Assembly (NCBI GenBank): GCA_032718475.1
Contig: JAUCBJ010006976.1
Location: 1-64,000, forward strand
Direction of reading: 5' to 3'
Length of the DNA stretch: 64,000 nt
Source: Nemertoderma westbladi
Taxonomy: Eukaryota; Animalia; Xenacoelomorpha
The notes below the pieces were generated by a model, which searched no databases, was not told the DNA's origin, and worked only from the letters and a program-made list of their open reading frames with translations. A program made the position numbers and the translations under genes. Shown in pieces: positions 1 to 11,709 of the stretch; within the stretch, counting starts at the first letter, position 1; every line of letters begins with the position of its first letter.

Positions 1-951
1 TTTTATATGTCTTTATTGATAAACTGCCTTTTATAAGATGACAAGATTTAATACAAAAACAAACCAAAAACATTAGCCGAAGCCAGTCCATGCGCGTCCA
101 AATGACCCGTTTATAACACCGGGAGACTGGATTCGTGGGCTTAAATTTATTTGCGGTCAAGCCTACTGTATTATTCGATTGATTACTAATATATAATCTC
201 TGACAAATATTATTCACTTTCGGGAAATATTAGCAGTTCCTTTTAGGACGTGGCGCTCTACCTATGTAAACAGAGTTATGACTGATACTACACACAACGA
301 TATGGCTTAAATTTCAAGCATAGGGCGCATTCTTTAGGAATGCTTTATTATCAGATCCAATCACTTTACAATCACGCACGCTACCGGTAACGCACAACAC
401 TGCTCACTGATATGCCGACAGTTACTGACTTTGATCAGGTATAAAGAGATATGCACTGGACTCAGGTAGTGTCTGTCAAACAACATTAGATTCACTACAA
501 ACACAATAATAAAGTCGCAATTGTTGTACATAACCTTTCTCTCTAACCTGTAGTGTATCAAAGATATTGGGAAAATGTGGGTTGATTATTGATATTCTTC
601 AACTAATAACATCCAATTATACTGATACAAAATTACAAACAGTAAAAGCAGTATGACGGTAGGTTAAGATATAATTAGATTGCATTGAATCGTTAAGTTA
701 TAAATTGGAATCGTGTCGAATTGAATCGGATCGAATCGGATCCAATTATATCTGTAAACGCTTTTACAGCAGGTTTCAGAGTATTTCAGCGTATGGGGGA
801 AAAACTGGATCGCGGGGCGAAGGACCAGTTGCATCCCACAGAAGCTTTTACATAGGGTCCCACCACCAATGAATTTATATCCCTACTTTGTATAATTATT
901 CCTTTTCCAAGTTTTATACCGTCAACTACAACTTTTTATTTTACCTCCAAG

Positions 952-1167
952 GTTTTATACTCAGAACTTCAGAATTTATTGGAATTTCATGGAGACGAAA
1001 TTATCCGGGATTTATTGCCGATAGTAACGAACCTGTTGGAACGTCTGGACTCCGCCTACACGGAAACCGAACGATGTCAGACGGAGTGTGAGACCATAAT
1101 GAGGGAGAGAGATGAGCTCCAAAAACGATGCGACATAGAAAGACACAACAGAAGAATTGTGGATAAA
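952..1167 (+). CDS. Internal coding exon for a divergent RH1 (RILP homology 1 / Jnk-SapK_ap_N) domain; probable alternative 5' exon of the JIP3/4 gene or part of a paralog
   Basis: Pyrimidine-rich acceptor ttttacctccaag| before 952 and donor |gttagt at 1168; 216 nt, phase 0-0. It translates to VLYSELQNLLEFHGDEIIRDLLPIVTNLLERLDSAYTETERCQTECETIMRERDELQKRCDIERHNRRIVDK, which aligns without gaps over 72 aa to the end of the JIP3 exon at 18974-19357. Confidence 0.8.
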
Positions 1168-1378
1168 GTTAGTAAATTGAAAATATTATTGCTGTTATGC
1201 TGTTATTGCTTAATGTTATTGCTTATTATTTACAAAATTTATTATTTATTTACAAAAAATTTCTAATCTCACTCAACACCAACCATACATGTGTCAGTTG
1301 GATTTATCTGGAAGGCAATGGTATTTTTTGTTTGTATGTGTGTTCTGCAATGTTTTAGGTGTAGCTAGTTAGATTAAC

Positions 1379-1432
1379 ATGTGTCCTGTACGGGTTAGTG
1401 TAGCTGATGAGCCAAATCCCGGCGAAACACAT
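1379..1432 (+). ncRNA. Hammerhead ribozyme, type III topology
   Basis: Stem III ATGTG (1379-83) pairs with CACAT (1428-32). GTC triplet with cleavage after 1385. Stem I CTGTAC (1386-91) pairs with GTGTAG (1398-1403). Core CTGATGA (1404-10), stem II GCC/GGC (1411-13, 1421-23), GAAA (1424-27). The loops GGGTTA and AAATCCC are complementary. Confidence 0.85.
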
Positions 1433-1684
1433 ATTCAAAAATGTAACTAAATATTAATTATTATTTTTCCTTAATTATTTTATAATTAAAGACTTTTTTA
1501 GAACAATAATAAAGAATTACGTTAATACCGAAAATTTGTAAATAGTAGCTATTTTTTAAATTAATGAGAGATTAATATATCTATTGAAAAAATATTAATT
1601 AAAGAAATATTAATTGGTAAACCCCCTGACACATATGGTTGGTTTTAAGAGAGATTAGAAAGTTTTGTGAATATATACAGTACA

Positions 1685-1731
1685 GTATATATATATATAT
1701 ATATATATACAGTATATATATATATATATAT
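1685..1731. repeat. (TA)n microsatellite, interrupted
   Basis: Two TA runs separated by CAG. Confidence 0.9.
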
Positions 1732-1770
1732 GTCTGGGATCCATGAAATGAAACTGACGAAAACACTATT

Positions 1771-1835
1771 TCCGTAACTGCAACCAAATCTCTTGTTTAC
1801 AGTCCGTAACTGCAACCAAATCTCTTGTTTACAGT
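1771..1835 (+). repeat. 32-bp direct tandem duplication at the left edge of the Penelope-like element
   Basis: tccgtaactgcaaccaaatctcttgtttacag occurs twice, at 1771 and 1803. Confidence 0.9.
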
Positions 1836-2527
1836 AAACTTATACAATCTTCAGTACCCCGAGGCCAGAACCAGACCCTCGAGCATTTTCACGACCTTCT
1901 AAGCTCCATCGAATCAACCATTAAACCTAACATTGAGAAGAACTTGAATACTGGTCTCCAAGACGCTTTAATTAAACTCCAACAAAATGACGCGATATTT
2001 GCAACGCGGATAAAGGTGGAGCTATCTGCATTCTCACCAACAATCAATACGAACAACTGGTGGATCAACACCTATCCGATACCAACACTTATGAAACTGC
2101 CTCAGCACAAAACGACATAGAGACAAACCGCCGGGTTAAGGACCTTTGCACCAAAAAATCACTTACCAGTCAAGAATATTTTTACCTCACAAACTTCAAA
2201 CCCAAATCAAGCTACATCCATGTCCTTCCCAAAATTCACAAATCCGACACCATAAGTCGCCTTAGAGACACAGTTGAAGATGGTGTTCTAGAAACTACTT
2301 TCCCTAGTGACCTGTCATCGCGACCCATCATCGCCAACATAGATTCCCCAACTTCACGCTTGTCCGAGTTGATGGATGAGATTTTTAAACCTATCGTACG
2401 ATCCACACCAAGCAATTTAAGGGACACCAAAGAATTTATTAATAGCCTTCCAAATAACACCGATGTAGGAACCACTCTATTGACCATGGACGTAAAATCA
2501 CTTTTCACATCCATCCCACGCGAGCAA

Positions 2528-3377
2528 GGATAGTTATAAAACCCGAAAATAACGAAAAAGACGAATTTAACAGCGAAAATATCAAAATTATCAAACAATC
2601 TACAAAATCTCGCTTTCCAATAAGATGAGTATAATTAGAAGTCACACTTTACATTTTTTAATTAATAAAATCCGATAATTTCGCCCCATTTTCGACCTTA
2701 AAAGTAATTTAATACCAAATACTGTCTACTGGTTGGTTGGTGGGTGTTGACCAATAATGGCAGCTTGGATGAATGACTCAGCATCAACAGATCTGTAGCC
2801 TATAGGGGCCTACTGGTGTATTACTGTACAGTACAAGCATATGGTACGGTACAGCCTGAAGCGGCAAAGTTGAAAGAAGCGGTCCGGTACCCTAACCCAA
2901 TACTGCAACGATGTAATTCCCATATGAAATGTTGTTTGCATTACGGCATACGGTACCTTTAGCGCTACCTGGCCTAGGTGTGCACTGTAGGCCTACAGTG
3001 ACTGTCAGGCAAGTGACGCGGCGCGGCGGATGTGAACAGGTGAACGTAACTACAGAATTGCAGTCCAGAAGTCGCTAGAACTGCAGTAGGCCTACACTCT
3101 GACTGTACTGTCCTAATTTGAGCGCCATCTTGTGGTGTTTTGCAATCATTGGATCACCCCTAACAACCAATCAGCAGCGCCAGTATTTGGTATTAAATTA
3201 CTTTTAGGGTCGAAAATGGGGCGAAATTATCGGATTTTCTTAATTAAAAAATGTAAAGTGTGCCTTCTAATAATACCGATCTCACTGAAAAGCGAGATTT
3301 TATTTAAAGTTTTATAATTTCGACATTTTCGTTAATAATTTCGTCTTTTTCGTTTTTTTCGGGTTTTATAACTATCC
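2528..3377. mobile_element. Non-autonomous Mutator-like (MULE) MITE, 850 bp
   Basis: Imperfect terminal inverted repeats of ~230 bp (GGATAGTTATAAAACCCG ... CGGGTTTTATAACTATCC); 9-bp target-site duplication CGCGAGCAA at 2519-2527 and 3378-3386; splits the Penelope RT at SIPREQ|G. Confidence 0.88.
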
Positions 3378-3574
3378 CGCGAGCAAGGCCTTGAAGCCCT
3401 AGAGTTTTGGATCGATGAAAAACCAGATCTTATACCCGATCGCTTTGAAAAGGAATTTATTGTAAATTCAATGAACATAATACTTAAATATAATTTCTTC
3501 CAACACACTAATAAAGCGACCAACATTACTCAATTCTACCACCAAACGACAGGGGGCGCTATGGGTTCTAAATG

Positions 3575-4550
3575 GTAGATGTATATATATGCAAGTTGTC
3601 AGTGACAAACAGGCAGTATGGGGTCTGACTGGCTGAAAATAGATCTAGTAGTGGTAAACGTTATCGGCCTAACGGCCTGCTTCAGACTATAATTAAAGTA
3701 AGCAAATAATATAAAACTAACATTTAAAATTCCCTCCACCAACACCAAGTAGAACATAACCAAACGAAGACGGGGGGGGGGGGGGGGGGGTGGGCAACAA
3801 ATGCTGAATGCTGTAAATACTAATTACAGTAGACACATTAATTGGGTCAGAACAAAATAGTGTTGCACGGTGAAATTCAAATAGTAATTTTACTACTACT
3901 ACTAGGTCGAGCGAACTCGGACAGTGGAAATGAGATCCTTCCAGGCTTCCCGATTCTCCATAGCTGTCGCAATTTCGTTTCTCCCAAGTTCAGTATCCCT
4001 TTCAAGTTGATCTATATATGTTATGGCAGGTCGTCCACGACTACGCTTTCCATGAGTTGGTTGCCAGAGAAGTAGATCTGGTATGACCTCGTCTTTACTT
4101 CGCCAGCAGTGCCCACTGAATCTTAATCTGCGTTCACGGAGGGTGGTTGATAGAGGTGGTATTGTACCATAAAGCTCGGCGTTTGTCATGTTTTGTCTCC
4201 AGCTGATGTTTAGGGCTGCCCTTAGTAGTCTTGTGTAGAAACCATCAATTCGTTGTTCAAGTGATTTAGTCAGTGTCCAGGTCTCACCCCCGTATAAAAA
4301 TATACACTTTCCACTGTGGCTCGAAAGAACTTAGTCTTCAGGTGCCTGGAGAGATCTGATTTCCAGATGGTATCCATTTTTGATAGAGCTACCCAAGCCT
4401 TTGCTTTCCTTAGCCTAGCTCTTTTAGAACGCATAAACTATAAACGACGGAGTAGTATTGCAAGCGGTGAGTGAAATCGAAATACTGTAGAATTAGAATT
4501 GCATCGTAATTTATAACGCGCAAAGTGTGGGGAAGAAAAATATCATAATA
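3575..4550. mobile_element. 976-bp composite insertion in the Penelope RT, containing a LINE 3' fragment
   Basis: 11-bp direct repeat GGTTCTAAATG at 3564-3574 and 4551-4561; the Penelope frame (AMGSK|CIPNY) resumes exactly after it. Confidence 0.8.
3891..4415 (-). mobile_element. 5'-truncated RTE-like LINE, 3' end (family A)
   Basis: Minus-strand translation KAWVALSKMDTIWKS...ETWTLTK..RIDGFYTRLLR...RERRLRFSGHCWR...LLLWQP...RGRP; (TAG)n tail at the stop codon. Confidence 0.85.
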
Positions 4551-4948
4551 GGTTCTAAATGTATACCGAACTACTCTAATCTTTTCATGGCCTATCTAGA
4601 AAATCGCACATTTAATATAATATTATCTAGTTATGGACGCACATGCGCCAATTACTTCTTAGAGGCGTGGAAGCGCTACATTAATGACTGTTTCGCTTTA
4701 TGGCTGAAATCACTGGCGCTAACAATCACTGCGCTATTTCTAATCATGAACAACTTGTTTCCTAGTATAAAGTTCACCATGGAAGAAAGTGACAAATCCA
4801 TAAATTTCCTTGATGTCACAGTCAGCATTGAAAAACATAAGATAAATCTCGATATATACACGAAACCTACAGATTCCATGCGCTACCTCAACTATAATTC
4901 CTGTCATCCCCGACACACTTTAAAGAATATTCCCTACAACCTATCAAA

Positions 4949-5190
4949 AAAAGCAAACAGTCGGCCGAAGCCGGAGGCGACCCGAAGGCTCCTCTTTCGA
5001 TAGCTGCTACCCGAGGGTAGGGGTGGGCGCTACTCCTATCCCAAGATTTGCTCCCAGTTATTTAACTGGTACTCATTTTATCGACCCCAGTGGATGAAAG
5101 GCTGAGTGGACCCTGGCGGGGCTGAACCTACAACCATTAGATTGCAGGCCCGGCGCTCAACCAACTGAGCTACCCCGCCTTCCAACCATT
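4949..5190 (-). mobile_element. tRNA-derived SINE, probably with a Deu/Nin-type central domain
   Basis: Minus strand has an A box (GTAGCTCAGTTGG), a B-box-like GGTTCAGCCC and a central CACTCAGCCTTTCATCC..GGTCGATAAAATGAGTACC (domain identity from memory). 14-bp TSD TACAACCTATCAAA at 4935-4948 and 5191-5204. Confidence 0.85.
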
Positions 5191-5800
5191 TACAACCTAT
5201 CAAAGATAATCGTAATGATAGTGAATAACAATGAAACCCGTGATAAACGACTCAAAGAATTAAGCACAGCGCTTATAAACTGTTCTTATCCGACAGACCT
5301 CGTACAAAGAGCCACTGACGAATCCAAAAAGCTATGAAGAGAAGACCTACTGAGAGACCAACAGAGAAAGGAAAATCCCATAATTCCATTTGTAACAACT
5401 TTTAATCCTAACGTTGTCAACAAATTCCGAGAAACGATAAAACACGCATTCGAGACACTTAAACAGAACAGTCGAACGAAGGGGAAATTGTGCAACAAAC
5501 GACTGGTACTCGCACAAAAACAACCTCCTTCCATAAAAAGAATCCACATAAGATTTGGAAAAGATTCCACAAAACACAATTAAAAGTGGAAAATCCGGGA
5601 ATTAAAAAATGCCACAGTCATAGATGCCAACTATGCAATATAATAATAACTGGGAAAGACATCACTTTCAAAAACGGCAAATCCTTTAAAAGAAAGTCCG
5701 CATTAACCTGTAACAGTACCAACATTATTTACGCGCTTTTCTGCAAAAACTGTAATGAGTTCTATATCGGTGAGACCAACAACTTGAGAAACAGAACCAA

Positions 5801-5880
5801 TACACACCGCCAACAGATAAACACTCCACACCGCCAACTGATAAACCCTCCACACCGCCAACAGATAAACACTCCACATC
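5801..5880 (+). repeat. 27-bp in-frame tandem triplication inside the GIY-YIG region
   Basis: HRQQINTP / HRQLINPP / HRQQINTP in ORF 5490-5996. Confidence 0.8.
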
Positions 5881-6535
5881 TACGTCAATTAATTTGCAGC
5901 AAGCACGTTTTCACCTGTAGCTCAGGTGACTTTAACATAGCCCCACCCACTATTTCAATTAAAAACTCCCAATATTGCGCTCCGACAAGAATATGAAACC
6001 CACTTCATTAAGAGGCTTAAACCAGGGTTAAACTCTTATTCCCCTCCATAAACAGAACACACCAACAGCGACCAATAGAAAACGCGGGGGCGTTAGGGAA
6101 TTCCCGCATTCTAAGCCGCCACCTACAGTATATCAACCAACAATAACTCAAATCCCACCACCTGAAGAGGCCGAAAGGCATTAATAATTATTAATTATTA
6201 ATTAAAAATGCATTAATAAACTGGCTGTTTTTTTTAAATTATAAGTTTACATTAATATACTGAACATTGATTTATTCGAGTTATTTATTTATTTTTTATT
6301 TATTTACATAATATATTTCAATGGACAAACTATGATTTGGAACTCAACCTAACTTTTTCAATTTTATATATATATATATATATACAGTATACTTTATCTT
6401 GCTCGAAGGCCCCACGAACGTTTACCTTTTAGGTGGTGGTTACCATAACAGTAGGCCTACATACAAATCACTTAGGGTTTAGACGGAAGAATTTAGCTGA
6501 AAGTATACCTAACTGTGAACTAATGGCATTCTGAG

Positions 6536-8630
6536 CTACTACTACTACTAGGATCGGCATGCTGCGTTGCAGCTGCATTTTTAAGAATGCTGTGCCGGCT
6601 TGTCAACAAAATTGCACCGCCACAACTCCCTATCACCCATGACATTTGCTAGATCATCCGCATCTTTAAGGCCAGTGTCCTTTAAGATGCGTCTCAAGAA
6701 AGTCATGGGCTGTCCACCATGCTTATTCACTCCATGAGGTTGCCAAAGTACAAGATTATGCACTGGCTGGTCCTCACGGCGAAAGCAATGTCCTGCAAAG
6801 CGGAGGCGATTTTGTTCTAGTGTCAAGCTTGGGGGAACCAATGAGACACCTCCAATGTTATATAGTGTCTGGTTGGAGATGTGTGCATTGTACTTGACAC
6901 AATGAACCCGGCGTAGCATTCTTGTGAATGTGCCATCCAGAGATTTGGTGTCCTCAGCAGTTAGAGCCCAGCATGGACTCCCATAGAGGAGTACTGGAAC
7001 TACTGCTGCTCTAAATAATCGGACCTTAAGTTTCCGATTAATTCTCGGTGACTTCCAAATCCTGGAAAGCCTATTCAAGGCTGCCCATGCCTTTCCCTTA
7101 CGTATTCGAAGGTCCTCACCTGACTTCCGGATCCATGATCCCAGGTAACAGAAGTCGTCCACATGCTCAAGCATACCATCCTTTGAGCTTATGCTCATCC
7201 GATCAGAGACTTGCTGAGGACTTTCAAAGTTAACTGTCAGAATTTTGGTCTTTCTGGAGTTAATAAAAAGACCAACACTAGAAGCAGCATGTTCTAATGA
7301 GCTGAGGAGCCGTTGGGCTCCCTCTAATGATTCTGAGAGTACTCCTAAGTCATCAGCAAAGTCTAGATCAGTTAGGTACTTGGCAGGATTTCCTCGACTT
7401 CTGGAGCCAGTAGGTGGAGTTATCATCACCCCATCATCATTATGATGATCTAAGGACATGCGTAGAACATAGTCAACCACAATAATGAACAAGAATGGTG
7501 CAAGTGTGTCTCCTTGGAGGACGCCCCATAACACTTCAAATGGTTCTGTGTCACCGTCAACAGTAGACACAAATGTTGTCGAACCATCGTATACTGATCT
7601 GATTGCTGCAATAATTTCATCAGGAATCCCATATAATGAAAGTATGCTGAACATACGTGATCGAGAGACTGAATCAAAGGCCTTGAAGAAGTCAACAAAG
7701 ATAACAGCCAGATGCCTGTCTTTCTTTTTTGATAATTCTTCAATTATCCTTCTAAGTGCCAAAATGGGCTCCATGGTCCCACGACCTTTACGGAACCCAT
7801 TCTGATTTCCACGGAGCAGTCTCTCAATGGGATCCCTGATGCGATTTAATAGAATCCTATTGTATAGCTTTGCAGCAATCGAGATCAATGAGATTCCCCG
7901 AAAAGAACCATAGAGTGTTAGGTTGCCCTTCTTGGGAACTGGCACCAACTTATTTGTTTTCATTTCTTGTGGGACTCTTGTTGTACGGTACATGTCTACT
8001 ATGATGGGATAGATGAGCTTTAAACACTCAGGTATTTTAAAGACCTCAGGGGGAACACCATCTACTCCACTGGCACGATTGGTCTTAATGCTCTTTGCAG
8101 CAGCCTTCACTTCTGCAAAGGAGATATCGCCAATGGGAATATCTGGGAGTACAGACTCAGACACCTTTACTTCTATAAAGTTATCAGGCAATACCCTGTC
8201 ATTATTGAGGAGCTTTTCAAAGTGGGCTTTCCAACCATTGAGGCGATCGGCTGGTGATTCAGCCTTAACCTTGGTGGTTGGTTGGCTTTTCCGCCCAGTA
8301 AGCAGATTGATCGATTTCCATGCCTGGGATGATTGCCTGCTGTTGTCAGCATCATTGATGGCATCAACCTGTTGGTTTATTAGCTCCTGTAGATTAGCAG
8401 AGTACTGCCTGTTCAGGGACCTAGATGCAGCCTTAACTGCATTCTTGGCCGCTGTAGTCTGTTTGAGTCGGGACTCTTTCTGCGCCTTATGAAGGTCATT
8501 TCGGCACTTTTGAATTTTGTTGTCAGTCCAGGGGGCCCTTTTCCTGTTTCGAGGGTATACAGGAACTGTTTCTGCAGCTGCTAACTTAACTGCTTCTGTA
8601 AAGGCAGTATAGCCCTCACAGTGATGCTAC
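6536..8630 (-). mobile_element. 5'-truncated RTE-like non-LTR retrotransposon (family B) with an intact RT domain
   Basis: Long RT ORF, 3' UTR of about 30 nt and a (TAG)n tail at 6536-6550; no endonuclease domain visible; 5' boundary approximate. Confidence 0.92.
6581..8191 (-). CDS. Non-LTR reverse transcriptase of the LINE; the frame appears to stay open upstream to about 8620 with no true start codon
   Basis: ASGVDGVP, PKKGNL, FRGISL, QNGFRKGR, FVDFFKAFDSV, GVLQGDTLAPFLF, DFADD, FCYLGS. Confidence 0.85.
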   Translation of the reverse strand: MPDNFIEVKVSESVLPDIPIGDISFAEVKAAAKSIKTNRASGVDGVPPEVFKIPECLKLIYPIIVDMYRTTRVPQEMKTNKLVPVPKKGNLTLYGSFRGISLISIAAKLYNRILLNRIRDPIERLLRGNQNGFRKGRGTMEPILALRRIIEELSKKKDRHLAVIFVDFFKAFDSVSRSRMFSILSLYGIPDEIIAAIRSVYDGSTTFVSTVDGDTEPFEVLWGVLQGDTLAPFLFIIVVDYVLRMSLDHHNDDGVMITPPTGSRSRGNPAKYLTDLDFADDLGVLSESLEGAQRLLSSLEHAASSVGLFINSRKTKILTVNFESPQQVSDRMSISSKDGMLEHVDDFCYLGSWIRKSGEDLRIRKGKAWAALNRLSRIWKSPRINRKLKVRLFRAAVVPVLLYGSPCWALTAEDTKSLDGTFTRMLRRVHCVKYNAHISNQTLYNIGGVSLVPPSLTLEQNRLRFAGHCFRREDQPVHNLVLWQPHGVNKHGGQPMTFLRRILKDTGLKDADDLANVMGDRELWRCNFVDKPAQHS

Positions 8631-9066
8631 CCTCTGTAGACTGAAAACCCACTCTCAGTGCCCGCTTTATATTGCTTATAACTGCATTTCATTTGATCAC
8701 TCAAGTTGTTATTACTTGTGTCCTGCATACTCAGTACGTAAATGTCCCCTTTTCTGACTCTTTGAAACTGAAAGTTTTTTTAGGTTTTTGTTTTTTTTTT
8801 CTGTGTGTACCTACTACGTGATTTAGGTGTCTGACAAAATGGCAAGTGAAAGAAGTTTTGCCAGACCTTGGGTCTAGCATTGTGTTTCCCACAGCCCCGA
8901 GACTGGGACCTAACGAGAGTTCCCCTTAGCAGTGACCAACCGACCCAGACTGTATCACACCTACCGGTAGCCGATCAGTCAGTCAGTCAGATCACAGACT
9001 GCTCCGGGATTATTATATACTGCTTATTGCTGTATTATATCATATCGATACGTCCGCTGGATATTA

Positions 9067-9441
9067 CTCGAGGTGTTTTACCCCATACACCCTACTTCTC
9101 GAGGTGTTTTACCCCATACTTCCTACTTCTCGAGGTGTTTTACCCCATACACCCTACTTCTCGAGGTGTTTTACCCCATACACCCTACTTCTCGAGGTGT
9201 TTTACCCCATACTTCCTACTTCTCGAGGTGTTTTACCCCATACACCCTACTTCTCGAGGTGTTTTACCCCATACACCCTACTTCTCGAGGTGTTTTACCC
9301 CATACACCCTACTTCTCGAGGTGTTTTACCCCATACACCCTACTTCTCGAGGTGTTTTACCCCATACACCCTACTTCTCGAGGTGTTTTACCCCATACAC
9401 CCTACTTCTCGAGGTGTTTTACCCCATACACCCTACTTCTC
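9067..9441. repeat. 31-bp minisatellite, about 12 copies
   Basis: Unit ctcgaggtgttttaccccatacaccctactt with a variant ...catacttcctactt. Confidence 0.95.
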
Positions 9442-10370
9442 ACCCCTCTGGCGCTAGTACTGTATGAATAAAAATACAAAAAAAAAAATTTTTGAAAATA
9501 TTTACAATACTTATTATTTACATCCAAAGAACAAATTCTACGAATTTAATAGGTTTCAATAGTTACTTTGCTATAAACCATCACATATAATAGAGTGTGA
9601 TTTTCTGATGGCACGCCCTCCCCCCCCCCCCCCCATAATTTTTATTTACACGAATATTTTTCACATTGCCTCCATATCGTGGCCATTCTTCACATTAGTC
9701 GTAATTTCATTATAAAACTTGCATTGTAATGATTCAAAATAATGTAACTACTGTTGAGAATCCGCTAAATTATTTGCGTTTAAAGATTGCAAGAAGTATC
9801 GTTCGCTGTGTTCGCTGTTCGCTGGGTTACTAGTATACTCCCTATAGTATGTGTACCCACAAAGGAGTTTATGCTACTATATAGCTAGTTTTTCCTACTT
9901 TTTTTATAAATATGCTATGTGATGTTAGCTATTGGTAGGTAAAATAATTATGTTCTAGTACAAATATTTTTTGTTCTAGAACATTTTCGAAAAATTAACT
10001 ACACTTTTTAATTACGGTATCTATAAACATTAATACAGTAGCTACCAATTTTTATAGTAGCTAGAGAATTTGCAAGTTATCTATTATTTTTTAAAACAAT
10101 TTTTTACATTAAAAAAAATTGAGTTGTTTCTCGTTATTTAAAATATTATATTTGTAACCATATACACCATATACACCATATTTTTACCGTGTTTATATAT
10201 ATTATATGTTCTAGAATATTACAAATTATATTCCAGAATATTTTAATAATATTATAATAAAAGTACTGTAGATGATGTTCTAGAACGATAATAAACATAT
10301 AAGAAGTGGAGAAAACTTAAATAAAAATTCTCGAAATTTTTCTGTACATATACTATAGTAGTACCCAACA

Positions 10371-10401
10371 CACATACATACATACATACATACATACATA
10401 C
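10371..10401. repeat. (CATA)n microsatellite
   Basis: Direct reading. Confidence 0.9.
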
Positions 10402-10783
10402 GTATGGGGCGTGCACAAATGATGTCACGGTCGAAGGGGAGGAGGGGGTTTGCAATTTTGTGACAATTTATGACATTGGGGAAGGGGGGGGGGGGGTAGC
10501 TAAACTTGTGACGTCACTATAGCACTTTTTGTGAACAAATAAATTTCACAACACCAACATCAACAGCCAAAGTGAAATCTATGCAAGTAATTTCGATTCA
10601 AGTAATCGCGAATCGAGGGGATGAAGTGTTAATTATAAGTGGCGATAAAGATGAAGAACACCACATTGACTGGGTAGATAAGGACGAAGTAGATTTAGAC
10701 CCAGGAAGTGAAACAATGGTCGGTCGGATACCTGGTGCACTTCCGGTGATCTATGTCGAAACTCAGATGTCGTCATTCCGATG

Positions 10784-11709
10784 GAGTGAATATGTGGGGT
10801 GTCTTCCTTGTTTAGTCATTGTGTACAGCTGAATTAAGGAAGTATTAACATGAGTGAATATGTGGGTGTCTTCCTTGTTTAGTCATTGTGTACAGCTGAA
10901 TTAATGAAGTATTAACATGAGTGAATATGTGGGTGTCTTCCTTGTTTAGTCATTGTGTACAGCTGAATTAATGAAGTATTAACATGAGTGAATATGTGGG
11001 GTGGCTTCCTTGTTTAGTCTTTGTGTACAGCTGAATTACTACTACTACAGTACTACTAGGATCGGTATGCTGCATTGCAGCTGCATTTTTAAGAATGCTG
11101 TGCCGGCTTATCGACAAAATTGCACCGCCACAACTCCCTATCACCCATGACATTTGCTAGATCATCCGCATCTTCAAGGCCAGTGTCCTTTAAGATGCGT
11201 CTCAAGAAAGTCATGGGCTGTCCACCATGCTTATTCACTCCATGAGGCTGCCAAAGTACAAGATTATGCACTGGCTGGTCCTCACGGCGAAAGCAATGTC
11301 CTGCAAAGCGGAGGCGATTTTGTTCTAGTGTCAAGCTTGGGGGAACCAATGAGACACCTCCAATGTTATATAGTGTCTGGTTGGAGATGTGTGCATTGTA
11401 CTTGACACAATGAACCCGGCGTAGCATTCTTGTGAATGTGCCATCCTCCATCCAGAGATTTGGTGTCCTCAGCAGTTAGAGCCCAGCATGGACTCCCGTA
11501 GAGGAGTACTGGAACTACTGCTGCTCTAAATAATCGGACCTTAATTGTCCGATTAATTCTCGGTGACTTCCAAATCCTGGAAAGCCTATTCAAGGCTGCC
11601 CATGCCTTTCCCTTACGTATTCGAAGGTCCTCACCTGACTTCCAGATCCATGATCCCAGGTAACAGAAGTCATCCACATGCTCAGCTGAATTAATGCAGT
11701 ATTAACATG
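10784..11709. repeat. 67-68 bp tandem repeat, 4 copies, the last split by a LINE
   Basis: Units start at 10784, 10852, 10919 and 10986 (gagtgaatatgtggg...); the fourth unit is completed at 11694-11709. Confidence 0.9.
11039..11682 (-). mobile_element. 5'-truncated copy of RTE-like LINE family B
   Basis: Near-identical to 6536-7168 with a small frameshifting duplication near 11445; 11-bp TSD CAGCTGAATTA at 11028-11038 and 11683-11693. Confidence 0.93.

Larger units (their letters stand above)
1836..6180 (+). mobile_element. Decayed Penelope-like retroelement (RT plus GIY-YIG endonuclease), probably Neptune-type, interrupted by three insertions
   Basis: Motifs in order: ADKGGAICIL, LPKIHK, RPIIANIDSPT, MDVKSLFTSIP, GGAMGSK..PNYSNLFM, WKRYIND (YxDD mutated), INFLDV, YTKPTD..YLNYNSCHP, the Cys motif CHSHRCQLC, and IIYALFC..C..FYIGET (GIY-YIG). 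Frameshifts and stops are present; outer boundaries are approximate. Confidence 0.9.

Noticed and set aside
1168-1266. Hydrophobic C-terminal tail of ORF 979-1266 as a transmembrane segment
   Set aside because: It lies past the GTTAGT donor and is AT-rich intron read-through.
5110-5185. tRNA gene on the minus strand
   Set aside because: It has a degenerate B box and no proper cloverleaf, and it is the head of a TSD-flanked SINE.
7048-8492. Plus-strand ORFs overlapping the LINE RT
   Set aside because: Antisense shadows of the RT reading frame with no independent motifs.
8868-9471. Three overlapping + strand ORFs
   Set aside because: Translations of the stop-free 31-bp minisatellite.
9440-9835. 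Possible Helitron-type 3' ends (CTAGT at about 9454 and 9830)
   Set aside because: No convincing subterminal hairpin or matching 5' end could be identified by eye.
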